From Azolla caroliniana (lineage: Eukaryota > Plantae > Polypodiophyta), in the NCBI GenBank assembly GCA_043228905.1, contig JBHGNT010000005.1, forward strand, positions 10,664,001 through 10,728,000: 64,000 nucleotides of DNA, given 5' to 3'. Both the position numbers and the translations under genes were made by a program. This document shows positions 37,464 through 50,556 of the stretch, one piece after another (the first letter of the stretch is position 1; each line of letters opens with the position of its first letter). The notes beneath the pieces were generated by a model. That model did not search any database. It saw only the letters and a list, made by a program, of their open reading frames with translations, and was not told the origin of the DNA.

Positions 37464-40400
37464 TTGGTCGATTGGCTAGGCTATACCCCCAATGATCGAA
37501 CTTGGGAACCTGCCACAAATCTTTCCAATGCTGCAGAACTCGTCAATGCATTTCATCGCCAATATCCTTGTAAACCAGGTCCTAATACAAACCCTATGAC
37601 CCGTGAGACGTGTCGTCGAAGAAGGGGGATAGTGTCATGATAACAGTCACATCATGCATCGAAAGGATCATGACACTCACATTATGACTCGAAAGGATTT
37701 GAACCCACGACCTTGTTGTACACATGTCAAATCCTTAACCATTGTATTAATATTCTTATATGTATAGTCTCTAGAATATGAAATCTAATATCATAGGAAT
37801 ATTCTATATTACTCTACATTCTAGAATGACCTAGAATATTCTAGAGTGTTCTATACCACTAGAACCTTCTAGAATACTCTAGAGATCTTCTAGATTACTC
37901 TACATTCTAGGATAACCTAGAATATTCTAGAGAGTTCTCTATTACTTATAAATAGGGATCTACCACCCATCCCAAACCTAAATTGGTTCAACGCCATTTT
38001 GTAGCCTACTCTTTGTAATCCATTTTACGCTTCAATATAATAATTCTCTTTCAATTATCTCTCTATCTCTTTTTCTCTCTCTTTCTCTCTCTCAGTCTTG
38101 ACACCTTCAAGTGAAATCCTATTCGAATATTTCGAGGAGTACTCTATCAGCAGCAAGGTGTACCGAACGCAGGGCGGAGAGAACCTGCTGTTCGGAGAAG
38201 TGGCCCGCGCCATGATGGAATACGGATTCGTGAATCCCCGTCCCCCGGCCATAGCCAAGTACCGGGCAGCGTTCTTAATAGCAGCGTACGAAGGATTACA
38301 AATAGACTGGCTCCATTTCATAACCGAAGGATTGAAGGAGGCCATCAAAAATCTTGTGGAAGGAAAAAAGCCATGGGCCGGGATAGCACAATGGCTAACG
38401 GTGTTAGTCCCACCGGTGCTCCCCATCCCACAAAAGAAAAGAGGTCGGCAGGAGACGACGCCGAAAAAGGTCACAAAGCGCCGACAGATCTTGGAGAAAC
38501 ACACCCCCGGATGGACCCAGCAAGAAGCAGAATAGCAGGGGGAAGGACCATCCCGACAGCAACAGGAACCGGCAACAAAGGCAAAACCGGCAGGTAAAGG
38601 CAAAGGGAAATCAGCCGAGGAGGAACCGGTAGCGCGCAAACCAATCCATATAACGCTGCGACGGCCGGAACCGGAACCAGAGGACTTTATACAAAAGGCC
38701 CGTCTGGTAACCGCACCGGAGGAGGAAGCTGAAACAGAAGACTCATCCGAACCACTGGTAAGACTCCCAGCAAGACAAGGTCGGGAGAAACGGGCGAAAG
38801 GACCGGCTCCACCAGTGGACAAAACTCAGTAGAGGGCGCAAGGACCACCTCCGGAAACAGCACCGGAACCCGTACCGAGGGAAGCAGCACCGACACCGGT
38901 TGTGCCGGACTTCAGAGAACCGGTCATCCCAGAGAAGAAGAATGAACAAGCGCCGGAGCCAGAGAAAAGGCCGGAAAAACAGCCTGAGTTAAGTGAGCAA
39001 GGCCACCCCGACACAGGAAGAACGAAGCCACAATGGTTGAGATGGCTTTCGGAGCAGTTATCGGGAGTAGCGGACCAGTTAGAGAAAGAAGAAACGTGTA
39101 GGCAACAGCTGACGCATACAACAACGCAGGAGTTGGTCGCGCTCCGAACACAAATCGAGGAAATGCAAGGGGAGCTGTTGCAGGCAAGGGAAGGAATTCA
39201 ACAAGCACAAGTTGTCACCGAGCCGGTCGGGACAACAAGGAGGCAACCAGAACCGGTAGCCTTGCAAACCGGCCCTGAGACCGAAAAAATAATAGAAACC
39301 TTGCGAGAGGAGTTAAAAGCTCAGGAGGCATTAAGGGAAAGAGAAAGGGAGCAGCAGAAAGCGGTGGAGGACGACAGACGAAAAATGGAAGAAGGCCTCC
39401 GGAAAGGTCGAGCCGCTAATGACCGACTGCAAGAAGAAAAAGAGAAGCTGCAAAAGGAGAAGGACCGACTACGTCGACATGCCGAGCAAGAGATAGAACG
39501 ACTGCAGGAAGAACTCCGACAACAGAAGGACCGGGACGATCGGTTAAGAGCTCAGGCAAACCGACGCCTGAAGCAGAAGACGGAGGACTTCGACCGTCTC
39601 TACCGAGATCACAAGCAGGCCGAGTCGGACAACAAGAAACGGGCAGCAGACTACGACCGGCAAATAGAGAAGCTGAAAGAACAGCTCAAAGAGACCCGAT
39701 TAGACTTGGCTAAGGCAATGGATGAGGTCAGTGCCAACAAGGAAGCATTGTCGGCGGAAATAGCCCAAGCGACGGTGAGAAGGAAGGAATTAGAGGCGCT
39801 AAGGCGGGAAAAGCTGGACCTGACCAAGATCAGGAATGAAGAAAAGGAAAAATCGACCTTCACGATCAGCAAACTGCAAAGTACCTATGAAAAGCAGAAA
39901 GCGGATTACGAGGCCCAGGCTCAGATAATGGCCGACATTATAAAACGGGCAAGGAAGGAAAAGCAGGAAGCTTATGCGCATGCTAAGGCAGGGGTTGACC
40001 GGATCAAGCTCATCATGTCAGGATGGAGTACCCGAGCTCAGGCAAGCATCAATGAAAGTACGGAAAAGCTATGGAAGGAGTGGTCACAACAGGCAGCCGA
40101 GCTGCAGACACTCCGAGCGGATGCCGAGAATCGGAGGAAGACTGGTGACAAGTTCTACAAGATGGATGAGGAAAGTATCGTCGCCATTCGGGAAGAATTG
40201 TCGGAAGATTTCTACACTTTAGCGGAAGAACATCTCAAAGAAATCCGAGGGTTGGTAGAGAGGTTGGATGACGGGCAGCTCGCAACTCAGTTGGAGTTGG
40301 AGAGATACGAGCAGGACCGGTTACGATAGGAAGCTAAGGGAAGAACGACGCCAACCACTATTGGTGAGGGAACGCGACCGGCTGAAGTTGAACCAACCGA

Positions 40401-41759
40401 CACCGAACAACCCCGATGAGGAATACCCGAAGACGAACTTGAAGAAGAGCAGGAGCAGACCGATGCCGGAGAAGAAGAAGAGCTGAGACCGGAAGACACC
40501 AGAGCAGAGGTAGAAGGCATATCGAGCCGACCAGTCGAGACCGGAGAAAGCGACACTGGTAACAGAACAGAGCCAGGAACGGAGGGAGAACAGGAAGAAC
40601 CCGGATGAAGCGGTGAGGAAGCACCGGCACCACAGAATCAAGCAGAGCCGGAGCAGCAAATTTTTACGGAACAGCCCACCCAACCGGAGGTCGGAGACCA
40701 GGCAGGCAAGGAACAGGAACAGGAGGAAGAAGCACCACTTGACACCATCGAGCAGAGTGTGCTCGATATTTTGGAGGAAGAATGAGGCCGGGAGTGGATT
40801 CGAAGTGCACGGCACTTTCCCACGGGCGTGCCATGTGTTGGCCGGTCAGAAGAGCAAGGACAAGTGGGAAGGCAGAGTCGGATTGGATAATAGGAAATAA
40901 ATAATAGTAGAATTATTATTCGGAGGGATGGATCCGGTACAGTTGTACCGATCCGGATCTGGACCGATTCGGATGTCGGTTGCCTAAGCGCACCGATTGT
41001 AACCTTGCCGGATGCCTATAAAAGGATCCGATGATTTGTAAAGGGTTTTGACAGAAGTAATACAATAGTAATTATTGCGTGTTTATCTGTATCTCGTATT
41101 GTTTACCGTCTGTGCTTAATTGTAATCATCTTACGCGTGTAACCTAGCATCCAATCCTTACCACCCCTTTGGAGAAGTGTCGGATAGACACCTGTGCTTT
41201 TTCTGACTCTGATTGGGCTGGTTGTTATGCCACTAGTGTGTCCACAAGTGGTTTTTGCTTCATGCTTGGTTGCTCATGCATATCTTGGTTGAGCAAGAAG
41301 TAGCCTACTGTGGCCACTTCTAGTTGCGAGGTTGAGTATAGGGCAGTTTTCATAGCTATAGTTGAGTGTGTGTGGCTCAGACACCTTTTAGATGATTTGG
41401 GTTTTGGTCAGTCTTCTGCCACCACCATCTTCACTGACAATCAAATCGCAATGGCAGTTGCGAGGAACCCTGTCTTACATGCTCGCACTCGGCACATTGA
41501 GGTGCATTATCACTATGTCAGGGAAAGGTTCTCCGCTAGAGAGATCAATTTGTCTTATTTGCCCATGCAAGAGAACATTGCAGACCTCTTCACAAAGGCT
41601 CTGCCTATGGAGAAGTTTGAAGCTGTCCGCAAAGCTTTAGGCCTAATCCCATTTGTAGATTGATCTCTATCCACATAGCTTGACACTTGTTTAACCATGA
41701 GTGTCAGCTCCTTGTTCACCGCATCACTCCCAAGGGGTATTTGCTGACATATTTTGGTA

Positions 41760-44700
41760 GTGATGTTCACCGCCCTTTTTCCTTCTTCTATCTACCTCTA
41801 CTCGTTTTCGTATGCCTGGAGCTGGAGGGAAGTGTCGAGTTGGTTGTCTCCAAACTCCTCTAGTAATTGACGGATCTCCTCTGAGTGCCAATCTGCCAGG
41901 GCTTGATAATCTTGCGTAAGGTCCTCGCAGACTGTAGCAAAGATTTCTTCGTTAAGTTTTTAAAACCCTTACCATCTTTCTATCGATTCTCCTAGTTAGC
42001 CCAGTACGTGTGTAGCTCTGCAGCCTACTTTTCCCATTCGGCCCATCCAGCGCCGCTTTAAGTTGGTGCGTAAATCTTTCGCGGTTCATTGTTAGGAGGA
42101 TCTTTATGCGCTCCATGTTCATCTATGTGTGCGTCCGCATCTCCTAGAGAGCCATCTTGAGGTTCAAAATTTTCTTGTGTTGGAGGCCGCCTGTGCTTCG
42201 TATTGTGACTTCACCTCCTGCCAAAAGCTTCGATTCTTTATCGTGCCATTCTTCGAGTCGACCCATTTCATTGTTTAATCGTACTTCGACTTCTCATGTC
42301 ATCTGCCGCTCAATCTCGATTTGTTCGTCATACTATTGTAACCTCTGAGGTCGTGGTGATGGAGCCACTGTCAAAGAGCAGGGGAAATGTCAATTGGCAT
42401 GGCGAAGTCGGCGTCTAGCGGTGCAGAGAGGTTGTCTATGTGCTGGGAAGAGCGAGGGAAGCGGGCTAAGGGAAGGGAGAGAGGAGCTGAGAGTCTGTGA
42501 TAGTGCAAAGAGCGAGGAGAGCTTTGAGAGTGATGAGAGTTTTTGCTATGTGCAGAGAAATGGCTCGAATCCCCCTTTTTGTGAGGTTGGGATGTTAGTG
42601 TTCAAGGTTCATCGAGCCATGTTGTGCACGCGTGTGATAGAGTAGTACTTGCTTTCTTGGGATATGCGTCTGCATGCAAGATCTTTAAATAGTTTTGAAT
42701 GCCTTATTTTTTTGTTGTTGTTTTTCATTCCACACCTAACGGTAATGCTTGTTACTATGATACATTAATGGTACATGATTAGAGAGTGGTTCACATTAAT
42801 GAGGTATGGGTCGACCCCCGAAATTGATTTGACAGGGAGTGGGTCGGCCGTTCCTTCCACTAATTTCATGGCATTTCTGAAAGGGTTCGACGATGTGGGT
42901 CCCCAACACGGCTTGAGTCAGAAGTTGTTGACCTTTTGTCGTAAAACTTCCCCAGCAAGAGTGTCGAGCTCGAAAGTACCATTTTCAATACCGATTATCC
43001 AATACGGCCCTATCCACCGAAATCGGAGTTTTCTGGGCATTTTTCCCATGCGTGTTTGGAACACGAGTATGTCTCTTCCGATTTCAAAAAAATTCTCATT
43101 AACCCCTCGATGCCGATCCACAAACACCTTTCGACAACATTGCACCTGTTCTAGGATCGCCATGCTCCATACCCTGTCTTTGCCGAGTTCGAGAAGTTGT
43201 TGCAATCGTAGTTGTTCCGACTGTTTTTCGTGAAGGCATTCCCAAATCTGTATCTGCAAGCTCGGAACCTAAAACTCGACGGTCATTACGTAGTCGAGTC
43301 CAAAGGCTAACCGGAATGGGGTGGACTAGATACTAGTTTTAAAACTTATTCGGTATGCATGTTGTCCTCTGGAATAGTAACCGACGGACAAGAGCGCAGA
43401 AATATAGAATATAGTAAAAACATAACACATGTAACAGGTCACACGGGAAGCGTGAACGGCTAAAAGACCATGTGTATATAAAGGGCAAAAATCCTTTATA
43501 AGAGGTAGCGTGTAAATTTTGGTGCAGAGAGCGTATCTTAATAGAGTTTTATCTTCTCTGATCCCCTGTGCATATCTGTGGTTAATCTACTGTGTGTCTG
43601 TGATTCTTGGTGGCGTATTGTAATCGTAAGAAGCGTAGGCGTGAGTACGAGTGTTGTTACTAAGTACACTGTCTAGGGAGTTCGGTTGTAGCCGTCTCTC
43701 TTATACGCTACTAGGATATGGAGAGATGTCCCATTACGTATTACAATACGATGGTACCATTCGTGGCAACGCAATCACCTTGAGGTCTAGGTCAAAGGAC
43801 TGACTGAAGACCGTGTTCCTAATCGGTAACAATGCCTATAGGGAGCTTTGAAGCTTAGTATCCCAATCCGTGCAGTTGTCATTGACAATCTTCTTTAAAA
43901 TGTTATGTAAGGTTTTGTTCATCAACTCCGCTAGCCCATTCACTTGAGGGTAGTACGGGGTACTCTTTTGTGGACTACGGTGTAGTGTACGATGAGCCTG
44001 TGAATCATTGTATTCAGGAAGTGGCCTCCTTGGTCGCTGATGAGTTTGATAGGGCATCCAAAACGACACCAGATGTTCTCATACAAAACTTTTATGGTGG
44101 ATGCCGCCATGTTGTCCCGTAATGCTTTTGCCTCTACCCATTTGGTGCAGTAATCCGTTGTCGCAGCTGGGGTAAATGGGCCGACGAAATCAAGGCCTCA
44201 TTTTTGGAGTGGCTCTAACGGGAGCGTGGGCTGATGCGGCATTCGGGCTCACTTCATAGCTTGTCCCATTCACTGACATAGGACGCACTCTCGGCAGTAC
44301 GCTTGGGCGTCCTTCTGTGCGGTTGGCCACCAGAGCCCACCTTGCCATATCTTCCACATGGTAGTGTCACCCACATAATGGCCCCTGGCTATACCACAAT
44401 GGGCTTCTCAAAACACAGATTCCTTCTCATCATTTCGAACACACCTTCGCCAAATGTCATCACTTCCCTTGTGATACAGGGTTCTTTCTAATAAGCAAAA
44501 GTTATGACTCTTGACCGCCAATCACTTCTTCTCGTCTGTTCCCATCCATGGAGGTGGTAAGCTTCTACTCAGGAAATGGCTCATATCCTCGACTGATTTG
44601 TCGTTTGGTGACGACTTTTCTGTCTCGGCATCACTTGCCTAAATGCGTAGGATTCCGCTATCTAGAAAGTCATCATTCCCTTCAACAACATTCTCTCTAT

Positions 44701-45131
44701 TTTCGATACGTCTTAGATAGTTGGCAACCGCATACTGAGTGTCTAGTTGATGTTGAATCTCGAATTCCAATTCCAATTATAATAGTATCCAACGCGCCAG
44801 CTTCCCTGTAAGCGTCTGCTTCGAAACTAGATAGAGAAGTGCCACGTGATCCACGTGAAAGATGAATTTTCAGCCCAGTAGGTAGTGTCGAAATTTATTG
44901 AAGCTATATATCATACCTAGGGCTTCATGCTTAGTCGTCGAGTAGTTACGTTCGGCGACCGAAATTTTTCGGCTGGAGTAATAGACTGGCCAATACCAAT
45001 TCGGTTCAGTCATCTGCATCAAGCAGGGCATTTCCAATGGCTATGTCTGACGCATCCACGAACACGTGGAACGGTCACGTCCAATCTGGTGGTTGTATCA
45101 TCGGTGCTTGAGTGAGCATGACCTATGCCAT
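41760..45131 (-). mobile_element. Old degenerate Gypsy I of the G2 type (RH, INT, ORF3 remnant)
   Basis: STPYYPQVNGLAE and LVFQTRMGKMP.KLRFRW.GPY match the G2b integrase. Confidence 0.85.
43360..43831. repeat. Solo LTR in the integrase of I
   Basis: TGTT...AACA termini; flanks ATGCA/ATGCC (TSD with one mismatch); host frame resumes. Confidence 0.8.
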
Positions 45132-48100
45132 TGTGAATGCTAACGTGCGGAAGCGTTAGACAGAACCGGCTCAGCCGGATAGCAACAGAGAATAAGATGA
45201 AGGTTTAATGGAGAAGCTTAATACACAGAGAGTATACGCAGGAGAGACAGAGAGAGCAGAACGTAAACGTAGATTCAAAATATCACTCTGAAAACTCTTT
45301 GTACATACAACGTGCTAAATAGCATTATTTATACAAGTCCTCAAAAGGACTTACCGAAGTACTATGTACTTCAATGCTCATACGAGCGACTGACACTAAC
45401 TACGAGATAATGATTACCTAGTAGTCTAGGCTACTATTAGGCTTCCGGTTCGCACACGAATCCGTCTCCCCGATCCGGCAGGTTGTTTCCAGATACCATC
45501 TGGATACCGATCCGGCTCTTGGTTCCGAATGTCGATCCGGCTCAGGCTTATCCAGCCGATCCGGATCCGGTTGACCTTGCCGTTCAACACTCCCCCTCAA
45601 GCTCAACTTGAGGTCGGATCGTGGTGTTAGTGTCTATGGCAGTCGGTCCTTCCACCCGGCTCCTTCTGGCATCATTCTGCCTTGCTCACACTCCTCTTCC
45701 GGTCCAGTTCCGCTTCCCGCGACCCGTCCAGTACTGCGGACCTTGACCTCCTTGGTTGGCTTGTTTGCTCAACAGGCCCATTTCAGCTCCCTCGCTGCTA
45801 CGACTCCGGCACTTTTCAACCCGTCGGTTCCTTCGTGTTGGCGTCAACTTCTGCTGCGTTCGTATCCGCTTGGCCTTTAGTTGATCCAGCTCCTCTGAAT
45901 CCAACTGTTGAAGCGAATCGGTTGTCTCCAATTCGTTCCCACTCTTGTCCGAGTCGGTGTTCTCCAACTCGTCTTCAGGTTTCAAGCCCTTCAACATATC
46001 AGACCATGTGCGGATCTTGGCCTTCTCCTTCTGGTCTGCTCTGTCCTTCTTGACTCTGCCACCGTTGCCACTTGCTCTGACTTGTTCGGATGTGCTGACT
46101 CCTTCGGTTGACTCAACTTTCTTTTTCTACTTATCTCCCCCTTTGGTTCTTTCTTCCTCTCCGGCTCCTTCTCTGGTGCCATCCATTCCCGTTCTTGTTC
46201 TCCCCCTCAAGTGCGGCACATCGAGATGCTGAACGCCGAGCATTTCGATGAAGTGTTGCAACTTGTCTGATCCGAGAGGCTTGTTAAAGATGTCAACAAC
46301 TTGCCGATCCGTGTGAACATACCAAAGTTTAACTTCACCGCTCAGAACCCAGTCGCGAACAAAGTGATAATGCACTTCTATGTGCTTTGTCCGAGCATGG
46401 AATACAGGGTTCTTGGCGAGCTAAATGTTGCTCATGTTGTTACAATAGATCAGGATCGGGGTTGGTACCTCTATCCGGAGGTCACGTAGCAGTCGCCGAA
46501 GCCAAATGGCTTCACAGGTGGCATTGGTAGCGCCCCGGTACTCAGCCTCAGTGCTCGACAAAGCCACTATCAACTACTTTTTGCTGCTCCACACAACAGC
46601 CGCGCTACCTAGAGAAAACATGTAATCGGAGGTGGATCAGCAATCTGATGCATCACCAGCCCAGCCGGCCTTAGTATATCCGACTAGCTTCCCAGTTATA
46701 CTATGTCGGTATAACAGTCCCTGGTCCTTCGTGCCGCTAACATGCATCCGATGTGCGCACTGAAGGTGCTCAACGATCGGCTTCTGCATGAACTGGCTGA
46801 TCACTTCGATTGGGTATCTGATGTCGGGTCGGGTGATTGTCAAGTAGATAAGGCTTTCGACAATTTGTCGGAACCTTTTCTCATCGCAGGCCTGTTTGGA
46901 GTCGGGACGTAGCTTTTGGTTCTAGTCCAGGGGTGTAGAGACAGGTCGGCATTCCATCATGCCGAACTTGTACAGCATATTCAGCACATAGTGTCTTTGT
47001 GAGAGCAATATGCCATTGGGGGTTCGGATCACCTCGATCCCAAGAAAATAATGAAGGTCCCCCAGGTCCTTCATTTCAAATGCGCTCGTCAACTGGGACT
47101 TCACTCGGCCAATTTCAACTAGTTCAGGTCCGGTGATTACTAAATCATCTACATAAAGCAGAATGCAAACCGGACCGTTTCGGATGAACAATGAAGAGTC
47201 GGACTTTGAGGCAGCAAACCCCATCTTACGCAACCGGTGTGTGATCTTCGCATTCCAAGCTCGAGGGGCTTGCTTCAGACCGTAAAACGACTTTTTGAGT
47301 TGGCACACTGCCAACTTGTTCATCTCCAATTGGAAACTGGGGAGTTGGATCATATGGACCCGTTCTTCAAGGTCACCTTGAAGAAACGCATTCTTCACGT
47401 CCATTTGGTGAAGATGCCATCCCCTTGCCACAACAACTGCCAGTACCACATGAACCGTCGTCATCTTCGTACTTGCAACCAATCGGTTTACACTATCTAG
47501 GTGCGTCAACCAGGTCCCATGTGTCATTGGCATCGAGTGCCCGCATTTCTTCTTCCATAGCGGCACGCCAATTCGCGTCCTTTGTCGCTTCTGCATAGCT
47601 CTCCGGCTCACGCATTTCCGCCACTTTGGTCATGTACGCATAATGATGCGTCATGTACTCATTGTACCCGTACCGCGTAACGGGGTTCTTCTAGCGGGAA
47701 GACCAGTGTAACTTGTCATCACCCGGTTTGGGGCCCTTCTTGGCCGGTTCGGACTTCGTTCCGGAAGATTTGCCTTCATCCTTTCCGGAGTGGTATTCAC
47801 TCCGATCCAACTCAACATTGCCGGTTTCGTATTCCGGCATCTTCTTCTTCCCCTTCTCTTTGCACGTTAACCGTCTCCTTGGTTCCTTGCGCGGGGAGAG
47901 CACAGCAGAGTCTCCACTACTCGCCGATTCTTCATCCGATTGGTCATCTCGACTCAGCCGCTCATTCGGTCCACTTAGGCAGAATGAGATCGGACTCTCT
48001 TCTAAAGTGTTGAAGTCTTCATCTTCTACCTAGACCTCCTCGGCTCACTAGCCTCATCTTCCGAAATCGGTTCTTCGTCGGGAGTTGGAGTCGGTAGGGA

Positions 48101-50556
48101 GTACCATGATGCCGACTCATCAAACTCGACATCTCAACGTACTCGTATCTGTTTAGTCCGGGGATTATAACACTTATACCCCTTCTGCTCATGCGAGTAA
48201 CCGACTAGGATGCACTTCTCCGACTTCGGATCTAGCTTCCTCCGCATCTCATCCGGTACATGCACATATGTTATGCTACCGAATATCCGAAGGTGCCTCA
48301 AATTACGCGAAACACAGCTCATGTGCTGACACCTTGTCTCCGATTCAGTTTTGGATGTAGACAGCCGTTCGGACTTCCTCGGCCCAGTAGAATTGGGGCA
48401 TGCTCTTCTCCTCCAGCATTGCCCTTGCCTCGTCGACAATCGACCAATTCTTCCTTTCGGCCACACCGTTTTGTTCCGGTGTTTATCGACAATTGAATTC
48501 TCTCCGAATTCCATTCTGCTACAGATAACTGTTGAATTGGCCGGAAAAGTATTCTTTTCCGCCATCTGACCGCAAGCACTTGATCTTCCTCTTCGTTTCC
48601 CATTCAACTAAGCTTTGCAAGTTCCAGAAACATTCGAAGGCTTCGCTCTTTCATTCGATGAGGTACATCCACGTGTTTCGGCTGTAGTCGTCGATGAAGG
48701 AGACGAAATATCGACTCCCACCAAGACTAACGTTCAATGCCAATCCCCATACATCCGAATGGATTAGGTCGATCTTGTTACACCTCCGGTTTCGTTCAGT
48801 GGGGAATGGAACCAAGTGTTGCTTCCCGAGTTGGCAGGCTTCACAAATTTCAACCCTCTAGCCGCTAAATTTCGGCAAACCGAAAACGACTTGCTTTGAT
48901 TGCAGGTCTTGAAGCCTCCTATAATTGATGTGGCCGATCCGCTTGTACCATAGGTCGATGTCCGACTCGACCTTCTGCCCTTTCGCAAACATGGCGGTGC
49001 CGACGTCATTAGAGTTGACGATAAACATCGTCCCTTCTCTGCGCCCTTGCGCAATTATCCGGTCTTCTTCCTCGATGAAGCACCGGAGGTGTGTAAACCG
49101 CACCTGCATTCCCTGGTCGACGATTTGTCTCACCGATACCAGGTTCTTTGTGATAGTCGGAACGTGTAGTACGTTCATCAGCTTCCCCTTTGGCCTGACA
49201 TGGCTTAAAGGGACTTCTCCGACATGCACAATCGGGTGAGGGGTATCGTCTTCGGTTTCGACAATCCCCGATTGTTCCGGTTTTTCACAAAAAGAGAACC
49301 ACATTTCATGGCTCGTCATGTGGTTGGAAGCTCCGGAATCAACATACCATACTTCCTCCAATTTGGAAGTACTCTTCTTCATCGAGTTAGCCTTGTGCTT
49401 CATCACGAAGGTTGGCCCTTTACTGGTCTTCCCAGTTCCGGATCCTTCTGGTCCTTCCGTGTAGTGCGAGCTTTGCCAGTTTTCCCGACCGACTTTGCCA
49501 GATCCGTATTTGTCCGAATCGGCGCGCTTCTTCCAGCACTCACTTTCCCTGCGGCCTTTCTTTCCACAGTACCAGCATTCCGTGTCGGCCTTTTCTTTCT
49601 GGTTCCCCGCGTCGCTTTGACTCCCCCTGCTTATGGAGGGTCCAGAACTACTGTCAGCACTGTCTCTTTGCCTTTTGTCCTGCTCTTGCCGACCAACCTC
49701 GTCCTCCACTCCCAGGGGGCCGATCCACCTCCATGTACAGCATCCGACTGTCCGATTGGGTGGTCCTCGACCCACTCGCGTGGTTTTCTTCGACCATCAG
49801 CTTCTCCCAGGTGCAAATCGTTGTCTAGATTAGCCCGTACCTTTGCGCTAGACCACCGAGGAAGATTTGTACCATCTCGTCTTCATCCACCGTCACGTTG
49901 ATGCACCCGAGTGTGTCACAAATCTCCTTTATTTTGGTGGTGTAATCTGTAACCGACATGTCTCTTTGTCGGACATGTTTCAGCTCTTGCCAGAGCTGCA
50001 ACTTACGGGTTGGGTACTCACGGTGAAAATCTTCCTCGGATTTCCCTAGGCCTCCTTTGGCGTTTTTGCATGCTTTATGTAACCTGTTATTCTCTTAACC
50101 GGACAAGGCCTAACACAAGGTGTCACGGAGACACTTCACCAAAGGGTGATTACGGCATAGGATTAAGATTCAACGATTACACCGACTTACATAGGTTACA
50201 CAATTAGAATGCTTCGGTTAATTACACGCGTAAGATATAACAGTAATTACAGAACGGAAACCAAGACAGAAGTATAAACAACATAAGCTCTATTAATTAT
50301 CCGCTCTCATTACAATGGGGTCCGGGCCTTTAAATAGGTTTCCGGCCCGTAGTACAAAACGGTGCTTCTCGCACCTATTCGGGATCCGTCCGGATCTGGA
50401 ACGGCATACCGTTTCCAGTCCGTCCGTCCACACTATGCTCATTTACAACCATATCTAATTAATTCCTTCACTCCGTATTTTGGACTCCTTGCCGGCCGGT
50501 AACACATGGCACGCCCGTGGGACAGTACCTTGTACGTCGAACCCTTCTCGGCCCCT

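Larger units (their letters stand above)
26739..38103 (+). mobile_element. Full-length Ty3/Gypsy chromovirus (Tcn1-like) element D
   Basis: TSD CCTTC (26734-26738 and 38104-38108); 471-bp LTRs (5' copy split 26739-26907 + 32488-32789; 3' copy 37633-38103); PPT GAAGAAGGGGGA before the 3' LTR. Confidence 0.97.
26453..40786 (+). pseudogene. Extra ORF3 of G2a (long coiled-coil protein), interrupted by element D
   Basis: Pieces 26542-26738, 38104-38535 and 38902-40329 are homologous to ORF 50557-52671 (LSEEARQWMRENGL, IDWLHFI, AQWLTVLVPP). Confidence 0.8.
22787..41196 (+). mobile_element. Non-chromoviral Ty3/Gypsy G2a, internally deleted (most of RT and all RH/INT missing), with extra 3' ORF
   Basis: LTRs 22787-23176 and 40836-41196 (last 29 bp lost; about 6 differences); PBS TGGCGACCAC 23183-23192 (tRNA-Arg UCG-like). 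Confidence 0.92.
21061..41760 (+). mobile_element. Old Copia F (RT 21834-22786; RNase H 41197-41663), split by Gypsy G2a
   Basis: YKARLVAKG, VYVDDML and SRFMH to the left of the insertion; FSDSDWAG and ARTRHIEVHYHY to the right. Confidence 0.85.

Noticed and set aside
38902-40329. Host myosin/SMC-like gene or env
   Set aside because: It lies within G2a, is homologous to ORF3 of G2b, and has no signal peptide or transmembrane segment.
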